The position numbers and the translations under genes were made by a program. A stretch of DNA of 64,000 nt from Marsupella aquatica (Eukaryota; Plantae; Marchantiophyta). A model generated the notes under the pieces. That model saw only the letters and a program-made list of their open reading frames with translations, had not been told where the DNA came from and ran no database searches. The stretch lies in contig OZ316895.1 of assembly GCA_973895155.1 (NCBI GenBank), positions 15,568,816 to 15,632,815 of the forward strand. The letters are read 5' to 3'. This document shows, piece by piece, positions 1-9,232 of this stretch (position 1 is the stretch's first letter; each line of letters opens with the position of its first letter).

Positions 1-2235
1 GTACAGTTTGTCGAGAAAAATCACCCGCACATCTTGGTCTCGTCCAATGGCTGGATGATTTTTTTTCCACAAATGTCGAGAGTCTCCCCAACAAGGATAT
101 CTTTCATTTACCTGACAATTGGACAAAAACATAAGTTTTTGATGCCTTCCAGTCCGAAACCTAATGCGCCAAGAACAAGGCATGACATATTCGTGGTTTG
201 TTCGCATTTGGAACAAGGAGTTTCCTCGCGTGCGCATCCCCAAAAGGAGCCGTTTCTCCACCTGCGCCCCGTGTACTGAATTCAAAGCACTCCGTGACAA
301 GGCAACACTCGAAGCAGAAAAGAGTAAGTTTCTAAACCTGTGTGTTACTCCCGATAATTTTATCGGGTTGAGTATTCATGTGCTTCTTCTTTGGCCATGT
401 GAGTGAATATATCGTTTGAATAGTTTGAATACTGAACCTGATAAATTTATCGCTATCACAGTTTTTCATTACGGTCTTGTGTTTGAATACTGAACCCGAT
501 AAATTTATCGTTGTCAGGGTTTATCATTACGGTCTCGTGTTTGAATACTGAACCCGATAAATTTATCGCTGTCAGGGTTCAACATTGCGGTTATCATGTT
601 TTGTCCTAAACATTTTTATTATTGTAGGAAAATTCTCAACATTGCTAAACGAGCATCGAAAGGCACAAGCAGTCGAGAGGGAGAAGTTAGCAAAGCACCG
701 GAGCAAATGTTACAAGAGTCCGGAGAAATATTTGGGCATCTGTATTGATGGAATGGATCAAAAGAAGACAGAGATACCTCATTTCATTCGGTGTCCGAAG
801 AATATGGATGAAAAATATTTCATCCCCGTACACGTAGTGGGTTGTTTGATCTTCACAAACAATTAAGTTCAAATGTTTTTTTGAACTATCCAAATATTCA
901 CAATGATAGCAACCTGACCATCCACGTTATCCAGCATATTCTGAATACCTGGGAAGGTCTGCTCCCTCCAGTGCTTTACCTCCAGCTTGATAACACAGCT
1001 CGGGAAAACAAGAATAAATATCTTATGGCATATTTGAATATGTTGGTGGAGATAGGTGTTTTCCAGAAAATAAAGGTTGGTTTCCTATTGGTAGGGCACA
1101 CCCATGATCAAATTGATCAAATGTTTAGCAAGTTTTCTTCAAAATTGAACAAGCGAAAAGCTTTCCGGTTGGACACTCTTTCAGCAATCATAGAGGAATC
1201 CTACAATCCTACGGCAAAGATATTTTTCGTCGAGGAGGTTGCCGATTTCAAGAAATTTGTGTCAGACAAAGATCAAGCAAATGACAAGGATATGGATGGT
1301 CAGGTTCTACGTACTCTCCACGGCATAAGTGCTCAAAAACAATTTTGGATTACTAGAGTACTCAAAGATGGAAGTGCTCGGTCCGTATTCCATGCCAAAC
1401 ATCTTTCAACGACAATCGATTGGGGGGAGACGGTGGATTTTGTTCAATACATTCCATCATCTGGAATGTGGGTCGCACCGCAAATGGCATTGAAGTCGGC
1501 CACGGGAGCGACAGGAGACAATGAAGAGCAAGAGAATGATGCTGAGGAACAAGATGAGCGGGCGGCTCAAAGTTATTTGTCAACTCTTCAAAAATATCGA
1601 AGAGCAATTGAAGATGGATTTAATTACTTTGACGACGCAGATCGTCTATGGTGGGGTCATTTTTTTGACAAACAAAAAGAAGTGATTCAGCACCACCTGA
1701 AACCTGCACAATGGAGTTTTGATTGGAGTTGGCCCAAGGTAAACGTACAAAGAGAACTTCCGAGTAATCCTACGGAAGCAGCAATGGAACCTAGCTTGGT
1801 TGATAAAGTAGCGGGTGTGAGGACAGTCATGTATTCCGGAAGTCGAAGAAAAGTCACGGAAATTGGAGACTTCAAGGATCTAGAGGTGAATACTAAATTT
1901 GCAATGATATGTGTAGTAGCCCATCAGGATCCCAAGGGAAGACCATTCTGGATGGCAAAAGTGACTGAGATTCTCACAAGAATTAACGACATCCCGGAGC
2001 GGATTAAAATCACTTGGTATGCAATGGATTCGGAGGAAGAGTCTGCAATTGAAGGCAGATATTATCCGGAGAAAGAGGCTTCATCTAGCAAAGTACTGGA
2101 GGATGAATTGTCCCTATCAGAAACTGCCGTTTATGCGTATAACTTTGCGTTATTGCAAATAGTACTCTCCCTATACAAACAAGACGAATCATTCAAAATG
2201 CAATGGAGACTGTAGTTGTTGATAGTCGAAGCTAG
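1..2235 (+). pseudogene. DUF7869-family (Sola-like, RNase H-fold DDD) transposase, disrupted and 5'-truncated by the window
   Basis: Exon 1-323 (WLDDFF..HLPDNWTK..SWFVRIWNKEFPRVRIPKRSRFSTCAPC), GT-AG intron 324-627, exon 628-2235. Putative catalytic motifs are CIDGMDQ, LYLQLDNTARENKN and FLLVGHTHDQIDQMFS, followed by a C-terminal PFWMAKV..ITWY beta-barrel-like module. Lesions: TAA at 132-134 and frameshifts near 162, ~860 and probably ~2155 (alternative frame ..TLPIQTRRIIQNAM.. ends at TAG 2233-2235). Confidence 0.85.
423..600. repeat. Three ~58-bp tandem repeats in the transposase intron, each containing the palindrome (C/T)GATAAATTTATCG
   Basis: Units beginning GTTTGAATACTGAACC start at 423, 481 and 539. 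Confidence 0.9.
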
Positions 2236-2563
2236 TTTCAGGTTTAAGTTATAATGGTTATCGTTCCCATGAATATGTACAGTGGTTATCGTTCTGGGAC
2301 TATGTACTCCGCAGCTATAATGATATCTTTTTTTTTAAATAATTGCAATGACAAACCAGTTAGAGAATACAATGCTGTCCGATAAGATTATCGACAACTC
2401 CATTCCCCCAGCAGGAACACCGCGACAGTCCGATATATGCAAAGTCCGATAAATTTATCGCATTAATAAATGTGAGAAAGGATCTTCCTCATGGAATACA
2501 GAAGTCGATAAATTTATCGACCACTTCATTGGTGATTGACATTATCCTAACGAGCACACGCAA

Positions 2564-3676
2564 CTAATCTAATAACATGTCGTTGAGATCATCCTCATTT
2601 GGTGTTCTGGGAGGCTCTTCCTCAGTTTCTTCTTGTTCCTTTTCGGTCTCCTTCATGACCTCAACTACGTAAGTCGATGTCCCGAGTACACCCAATTGGC
2701 CTGCAATTGGTGGTTGAATCTCATGACCTTCAACGCCGTGCCCTTCAATCTGGGATTCTCTATATAAATTCCAGTTTGACTCCAGAATCATGATCCGGGA
2801 TTTTACAAAACCAATCTGCGCAGAACTCTTATCAACAGCACAACCCTGGCGAGAATTGAGGAGCGTAGCAGCTAATGTCGATCCGGTTCCACAACAAAGA
2901 TCAATAACCCAATCCTCTTTCTCAGAGAAATGGGAAACAAACCAAGCCCCTAAACCAACAGGCTTCTGATATGGGTTCACAACAAATCCCAACGGATCAA
3001 CGGACTTCTTGGTTACACATGGAACCTTGATGATATTGACGCGATACTCATCCGGTTGGAAATTGCACATGTTCATGTTCCGAATGCCTTCCTCGCTATA
3101 GAAACCTATTGACCAGTTCTCAAAACCCCACGCCAATCGAGCTCCAGCGGGATGCTCATGAATGTTAGTCTTCTCCCAGATTCCAGCCTCAACCCCACAG
3201 TTGCATACACTCTCCAGTGCAGACATCACCATATGTGTTTGTTGTAGTGAATGGATCACAACAAACCTCCACTGCTTAGCGGTCGTCATCTTTGAGAAAC
3301 TTGTCAACATGTCTAAAATGTCCTTTTCTGTGAAGGCCACTTCATCAAACTCCGAACCAGGAGCATTAAAACCATACAGAATATCCGCAACCGCAAGGGT
3401 GTAAGCCCTTGGCTGAACAAAAGAATCCAAAATTCGAACATCACCAACATGGAGATAGTAAGGAAAAGAATCCCTGTCTGCATTTTTCCATGTTTGTTCA
3501 AACGCTTCTGCTGTGCCCTCGCCTAAGGACCTCAGCCGATTGTACTTATCGATTGCAGCAAGCACAAAATTCTTAAACACATAAGGGATTTCAGCTGAGG
3601 GAACAATAACCTCCCCCGCAGAATTATAAGTGACAGCCGGAACCACTTTGCTTTTCCTTTTTGAATTAATCTTCAA
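2564..3676 (-). CDS. Last exon of the cargo gene: N6_N4_Mtase (beta-class amino-methyltransferase) domain with acidic tail
   Basis: Uninterrupted reading frame with beta-class motif order: LHVGDVRIL, then motif IV-like LAVADILYG (3374-3385), then NPYQKPVGLGAWFVSHFSEKEDWVIDLCCGTGSTLAATLLNSRQGCAVDKS (SAM-binding motif I region near 2880-2900). Confidence 0.85.
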   Translation of the reverse strand: MKINSKRKSKVVPAVTYNSAGEVIVPSAEIPYVFKNFVLAAIDKYNRLRSLGEGTAEAFEQTWKNADRDSFPYYLHVGDVRILDSFVQPRAYTLAVADILYGFNAPGSEFDEVAFTEKDILDMLTSFSKMTTAKQWRFVVIHSLQQTHMVMSALESVCNCGVEAGIWEKTNIHEHPAGARLAWGFENWSIGFYSEEGIRNMNMCNFQPDEYRVNIIKVPCVTKKSVDPLGFVVNPYQKPVGLGAWFVSHFSEKEDWVIDLCCGTGSTLAATLLNSRQGCAVDKSSAQIGFVKSRIMILESNWNLYRESQIEGHGVEGHEIQPPIAGQLGVLGTSTYVVEVMKETEKEQEETEEEPPRTPNEDDLNDMLLD

Positions 3677-3720
3677 CTGTAAGAATGTCAGACACATCTA
3701 CAGTTAGAATAGCGTGAGAT

Positions 3721-3907
3721 GAATGCTAAAGCCGATAAAAATCTCACGATGGAGCACGCTAGCCAATAGATGGAATCGCTTAGAAACCAACAAAGGAATG
3801 CTAAAGCCGATAAAAATCTCGCAATGGAGCACGCTAGCCAATAGATGCAATCGCTTAGAAACCAACAAAGGAATGCTAAAGCCGATAAAAATCTCACGAT
3901 AGAGCAT
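3721..3907. repeat. About 2.5 copies of a 75-bp tandem repeat inside intron 3677-3927
   Basis: GAATGCTAAAGCCGATAAAAATCTC starts at 3721, 3796 and 3871. This explains the spurious repeated peptide SIVRFLSALAF in ORF 3688..4659. Confidence 0.9.
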
Positions 3908-5950
3908 AGTGTGAGAGGAATGCTTACCGCGTCACTCAATTTCTCCGCCCATATGCCAAGGACCGCGACATCTATTTCGTTGGGAAATATTTCTCTGCAT
4001 GTTGCCCAATCTGGCTGACCAGATATCTGCAAAAATAGTTTCTTCACCTTGGCAAGCTTTTTCAACTTCTCACCTTCCTTGTGCATTTGATCCAAAGTGA
4101 TCACCTTCCCGATAACCCTATTCAAGAGACGCTTGACATGCTCCTTATTTGACAGTCCTTGGAGACCTCGAAATGAATTTAAGTTGAGGTCACCAGCAAG
4201 TTTATTCATTTTAATCTCCCTTACTGTCAAAGGTTTTACCTTTCCCTTTGCGTTCGTCGTTGCCACAATTTTTTTGGGTTGTCCTAAGACAATACCTTTC
4301 TCCCACATCTGGAAAATCTTCTCCTGAAGATCCCAAATTTCACCTGTTCGGAAAGCAATTTGGAAAGCCGGATCATGTTTGGCCATGGAGTCACGAACTC
4401 CTGGCGTGTACTCCATCATGCATTCTTGACAACATGCTTCGCGGACATCTTTAGTCGAGCCCACACCCATTTCAAGGAAAATATTGTGACAAGCACGAAC
4501 TTGGTCAATTTTAGTCATGTTCTTCCGATACTCCTGGTCATAGTTATGCTGGAAGCCTAACTTTCGGACCTCGGATCTCTGCCTTGATCGCGTCCGTCTC
4601 ATACATCGAAAGAGCCGTCTCCTCCTCCTGATCAGCCTACAAAAGCGTTGCAAATTCAATTAAGGAAAGAAACTACGAGATTTTTATCAGAGTTCGCATT
4701 TGTTCAACATGCATAACTCCACAATCCGCAATTCAGGAAATAAACAGCGAGATTTTTATCGGATTTCATGTTTGTTAAACAGTACAACGACGTAGTACTT
4801 ACCAATGGCGCCGCAGGAACCGCGACTGGAACTGATGGAATTGACGGAGCTCTATCTACTTCTGCAGCCACCGTCTCAGTCCAGCCAGTCCTCTTCCTCT
4901 TTGTGCTAAGTCCAGAACCAGATGGCCCGGATCCCTCGGATCCTTTACTTTTGCTTGGTTTAACGGATGGTCCTCGATGGTTGCCCCGGCCTCTCCCACT
5001 ACCGCCAGTTTCTTGGCTCTTCTTCCCACCGTTAGAGGTTCCCGTGGCATCTCCCCTGCCGCTACCTCTCCCTTTCCCTTTTCCACTTCCTGAAACCCGA
5101 CCAGAAGTTGTAGGTTTGTCCACGTCAATATGTGTAGAGGATTGCAATGGTTCTTTCCGCCCCGATATTTTATCAGCATTAGAACCACCGCTGCCACTTG
5201 AACCTGGTTTCTTGAAAACAATTTTGCGGACAGGTTTGAACTCTTCACCCACAAGTCTCTTGTACTCTGCATTCACCCTTGGAAGCATGATGGCATCACA
5301 ATCTTGCACATACTGGCCGATCAAGCCGAACCCATAACATTCATCTCTCTTGCTGCCCAAACATCGGCAACAAGGGGATCTTCTGGATAACTGTCCATCG
5401 ATTTCTCATCAAAGTTATCGAGAGTAATAATGAGAGATGTGAAACCCTTGCGCCCACACATTGTCAAGAAACTAAGGCCCTCTGTCAACACTTTTCCCTC
5501 CCCGTGGCCAACCATGAACTCGACGACGGCAACAGCAATGACAGGGCCATACGAAACATTAACTTTCACCAATTTTTGCAACTGGACCCAAAGGATTGGG
5601 GTAGCACAGTCTTCAAAACCCGTGGAATGTAATCTGGCGTCACGGAAGTACCATGACTTCTTGATACACTTGACCTCTTCACAAATGTCTTCACTTGTCC
5701 AAATTGCATTGGTGAGGCTTGTCATGAGACTTTCTGCCTCAGCAGATCCACTCTTTCCACTAGCAGCCATGGAAAAGTCTGCAAATAAACAAATTCCAAT
5801 GCAAAGAGCGATAAAATTATCGCCGCCAATCTCACAGACATGTGGACACGACATCTCATCACACAAGGACAAAGAGACCGATAAAATTATCGCAAAAGTG
5901 AGCCTTCTTTAAATTGACGGCCGAGTGTACAGGTCGAAGAATCAGCTACG

Positions 5951-5993
5951 GAACCCTAAATCCAAAACCTTAACCCCTAAACCTAAACCCTAA
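5951..5993. repeat. Degenerate plant telomere-like (telobox AAACCCTA) cluster
   Basis: AACCCTAAA TCCAAAACCT TAACCCCTAA ACCTAAACCC TAA, lying between the orphan ORF stop and the leader of the MTase gene. Confidence 0.6.
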
Positions 5994-6640
5994 TCATAGT
6001 TGAACCTCGCCAGAGCGAAGCGTTTGATCCGCTTCTTGGGCCATTGGGGAATATGAGTGACGCGATGATCATAAGCCCACAGCCAATGGAAATCAACTTC
6101 ACCAGTCTCAGGATTCACTACTGCTATTGAATACCGGTGTGACGGAATGTCACAACAAGCATTTGTGCAGCATGGACAGATCTCACCATTGGCAAGGACG
6201 TTCGTCCACAGGCAACTTACATAGATCAAGTTAAAGAGCCCACAGACTGGCTGGGGGGGGGAGTTGACGAATCTTGTATGAATATAGTTTCCCACCAGTG
6301 TCAATAAAAAACTCGGTGGCAAGAGGATTGTCCAGCTCGTCAATCACATCCTGAATCTCATCGAATGCTCTACGTCTGTTGTCGGCATAGAATTCTGGCT
6401 CATAAGCAGGATTGCCCTTCACAACATGACAGCAGTGGAGTATAAAATGTCTTACTGCACCGGTTTTCAGAAAGTAGGATGGGTGGTACTGATCCGTAGA
6501 GAACTTTGAGTCGCACGAGTCTCTTGTACAACCGGCGTGCACGTTTGACACAATTTTCAAGGAAGACAACCATTTGTCACAATACCTGTTGTCCACGGAG
6601 TGCAATCGACCTTCCGTTGTGCCTCCTAAACCCGGCAACA
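5990..6640 (-). pseudogene. Cys/His-rich orphan protein (~210 aa) split by a frameshift in a G9 run
   Basis: ORFs 6231..6761 and 5990..6343 join at the 9-G run 6253-6261 (..KIRQLPPP / QPVCGLFNLIY..). A splice acceptor CAG lies at 6641-6643. Motifs include HAGCTRDSC, HCCH and CPCCTNACCDIPSH. The start codon is unresolved. Confidence 0.55.
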
Positions 6641-7166
6641 CTGCGACATCAGAGATGAAGATGAGTCTCCAAACAAAACAAAGGAAAATGATTCTCACAG
6701 GAGGATGCGATAAGTTTATCGCACTTCGCATTCGAATTGAAAATATGACTTCCTCAGACACCTAACCCCTGAATTTAATCTTTCACAAAAATGACAACTC
6801 CGATAAATTTATCGGATTCTCAATTACTCCTCTTTCCATGAAAGGAATGAAGACTCCGATAAATTTATCGGAATGAAGGCAACACCTCTCTAAACACTGG
6901 ATCAAATGATTGCAACAGAGGAATGCAAAATGCGATAAATTTATCGTAGTCCGCTCGGATCTGGACATTTTACACTAAATGACTAGTTAGTCTTACATGG
7001 AGAACTTGAACAGGAATGGCTGTTCCGATAAATTTATCGGGTTTTCAGTAGAAAGAGTCGAATCGCTTGGGAGGAATGTAAGACTTGATGGGAGTTTGGT
7101 ATTCGCTCTCAGTCAGGAGATATTTGCTCTGGCGAAAGCAAACGTTTTATGGGCAGCCCGCTCCTC

Positions 7167-7241
7167 TTTATATAGGAGACGCTCTAAACCATGGTTAATT
7201 TCCCCTTAACCATGGTTAAGTTTCCCCTTTACCTGGGTTAG
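7167..7241 (-). promoter_or_regulatory. Putative TATA box for the minus-strand cargo transcript with upstream palindromic AACCATGGTT elements
   Basis: CCTATATAAA on the minus strand at 7167-7176. Two AACCATGGTT palindromes and one variant lie at ~7187-7241. A splice donor GTAAGA lies downstream near 6996. Confidence 0.45.
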
Positions 7242-7493
7242 TGCGTGGTCGTTCCTGGATTACGCGGTTCGGACCAAGTTACTCGCAGTTCGGACTTTTT
7301 CACTGACGGAATGTAAAACCCGATGCACGTATCACTCCCTGCATTCCCGCGGCGATGCAATGGAGGAAAGTGGCGTTTTGGAGAGTTTTTTCCAATTTTA
7401 TCGGTCATTGCATTGCCTTAGAAAAAAAACGGGATCGGGCTAAACGAGAACTCCGACACACTTCTCGGTCGGTCCGAAATCATGTTTACTGTG

Positions 7494-7820
7494 AAATATC
7501 ACACGCCGAGTCAAACTCCAAACATGCGCACAGCGGTTCTCTTTTGTTTTTTGGTTGTTAACATTCCTATCCGACGTATGTGATATCTATAATTTATTGA
7601 GCATTTGCCAATATAGTGAAAACATATGAGACAATTAGTGACAATCATGCAAAATATCACACGTCAAGCTTTAGCTCCAAACATGCGTACATGAATGTCA
7701 ACATTGTCAAAATTTGTTTCACAATACCCACAAATACCACTAAATTGTTAAGGGATAGCGAGAAAATTATTATGCGGATTACCACATGCCGAGTAAAACC
7801 TCCAAGCACGCGCGCACAAA
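7494..7820. repeat. Three diverged ~40-bp subterminal repeats
   Basis: AATATCACACG..CTCCAAACATGCG-like units near 7494, 7651 and 7781. Confidence 0.55.
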
Positions 7821-8024
7821 AGTCTTCTCTATCCCTCCTTACATAGAGTGCTCTACTTTTGGTGAAGTGTGTCTAATGAAAAAAACTCAAGTTTTTTATA
7901 CAATTTAGAATGGAGACACGTTCTATATTTAGCGGGGTCGACATACTAGATAAGTGAGAAATCCAGACCACCCCAAATTAGCAGATATCGCTTACCCCAA
8001 TCGAGTTTATCCACAACTTTAAAA

Positions 8025-8610
8025 CCCGGGCTTATCCTCCCTTAACCCGGGCCGGGCCTCCCTCCTCCGTCCTCCCGGGCCTCCCTTCCCCCGGGCCGGG
8101 CCTCCCTCCTCCCTCCACCCGGGCCTCCCTCCACCCGGGCCGGGCCTCCCACCACCCTCCCCCCGGGCATCCCTTCACCCGGGCCGGGCCTCCCTCCCTC
8201 CACCCGGGCCGGGCCTCCCTCCACCCTCCTCCCGGGCCTCCCTTCAACCGGGCTGGGCCTCCTTCCTCCCACCACCAGGGCCTCCCTCCACCCTCCTCCC
8301 GGGCCTCCCTTCACCCGGGCCGGGCCTCCTTCCTCCCCCCACCCGGGCCTCCCTCCACCCGGGCTGGGCCTCCTTCCTCCCCCCTCCCGGGCCTCGCTTC
8401 ACCCGGGCCAGGCCTCCCTCCCTCCTCCACCCGGGCCTCCCTCCACCCGGGCCGGGCCGCCTCCTCACCCGAGCCGGGCCGGGATGTAAAGTCGGGGCCG
8501 GGGCATAAAGCCGGGTCCGGGTGATGAGAGGTAGGGGAGGGGCCGGGCCGAGTCTGGGAAGAGGCCGGGAAGAGTTCGGGCCGGGCCGGGAGAAGTTCGG
8601 GCCAGGCCGG
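8025..8610. repeat. GC-rich subterminal array of CCCGGG(CCGGG)CCTCCCTCC units
   Basis: Repeated ACCCGGGCCGGGCCTCCCTCC variants, pyrimidine-rich on the + strand up to ~8470 and purine-rich (GGCCGGG..AGAG) afterwards. Confidence 0.9.
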
Positions 8611-8868
8611 GGAATAGCAGCGAATATGCGTCAAATAAGGACAATTCAGGCCGGCAAATGACGAGTTTACGTGCCGGGAAACTCGGCAAGTTGCCCGTCA
8701 CATCAAACCGGGACCTGAAGCCCACCCCTCCGCCTGTTACTCCTAAAAAAAGAATCTGGGCTCTGTCCGCTCCAGCCTGTCCTCTATACGCATACTAGAC
8801 AGGGTGAGCAACTGAGCATAGATAGGTCAGTGAGCCTGAAGACAAATAGGATCTACAAAGAGAAAGTA

Positions 8869-9002
8869 CCACACCTCAAATCGGGTCCAGTAGAGTATGA
8901 TGATCAAACCTCCATAGTGAACCTACAATGGGAGTAACACACCTCAAATTGGGTCCAGTAGAGTATGATGATCAAACCTCCATGGTGAACCTGCAATGGG
9001 AG
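8869..9002. repeat. 68-bp tandem duplication
   Basis: ACACCTCAAAT.GGGTCCAGTAGAGTATGATGATCAAACCTCCAT.GTGAACCT starts at 8871 and 8939. Confidence 0.85.
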
Positions 9003-9232
9003 GTAGCTGTCCATGACCTCCATGAGAAATGACAGAAAAATGATTCCTCCTCAACAAATAATCTATCCAATGTCCTAGTAATGGAATGTGATTGCTCCTG
9101 CTCCTTAACTTGTGGAAGTTCTTAATATGATCTCAATGCACCAAAACCAACTGGAGATATAAGAAGGGTGAGCTTTGGCTGAATCTACTACAATGATAGC
9201 AAAGGAGGGGGACCTAAAAAGAGGCAAAATAA

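Larger units (their letters stand above)
2564..5770 (-). pseudogene. Large transposon cargo gene: unknown N-terminal domain, Gly/Ser/Lys-rich linker, helical (possibly ParB-remnant) region and C-terminal beta-class N4C/N6A DNA methyltransferase domain
   Basis: Model: ATG 5770, exon 5770-4803 (frameshift near 5325-5370), intron 4802-4637, exon 4636-3928 (frame break near 4570), intron 3927-3677, exon 3676-2564. Both introns are GT-AG and phase 0. Both contain variants of the element palindrome. Confidence 0.7.
1..8784. mobile_element. Right-hand part of a large decayed DNA transposon (DUF7869/Sola-like DDD transposase) carrying a DNA amino-methyltransferase gene and an orphan ORF
   Basis: Transposase at 1-2235 and cargo genes at 2564-6640 share one 14-bp palindrome in their introns and spacers. 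A GC-rich array at 8025-8610 precedes an abrupt return to host-like sequence. Candidate right termini are 8742 (..GTTACTC) or 8784 (..GTCCTC followed by TATA). The left end is outside the window, so TIR and TSD are unverified. Confidence 0.75.

Noticed and set aside
423-600. CRISPR-like appearance of palindrome-containing repeats (also 3721-3907 and 6800-7040)
   Set aside because: The intervening sequences are themselves repeated or irregular, there are no cas genes, and the context is eukaryotic introns.
2564-3676. Bacterial contamination as the source of the MTase
   Set aside because: The gene has spliceosomal introns and is contiguous with plant genes and plant-type repeats.
3688-3927. 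Hydrophobic repeated C-terminus of ORF 3688..4659 suggesting a membrane protein
   Set aside because: It is read-through into a GT-AG intron made of 75-bp tandem repeats.
4768-5912. Plus-strand ORFs 4768..5337 and 5430..5912
   Set aside because: They are antisense shadows of the minus-strand cargo gene.
5951-5993. True telomere or chromosome-end signature
   Set aside because: The tract is short, degenerate and internal, which fits telobox-like motifs; similar ones occur near 11221 and 54001.
8032-8725. Five overlapping Gly/Arg/Pro-rich minus-strand ORFs
   Set aside because: They are by-products of the stop-poor GC-rich repeat array.
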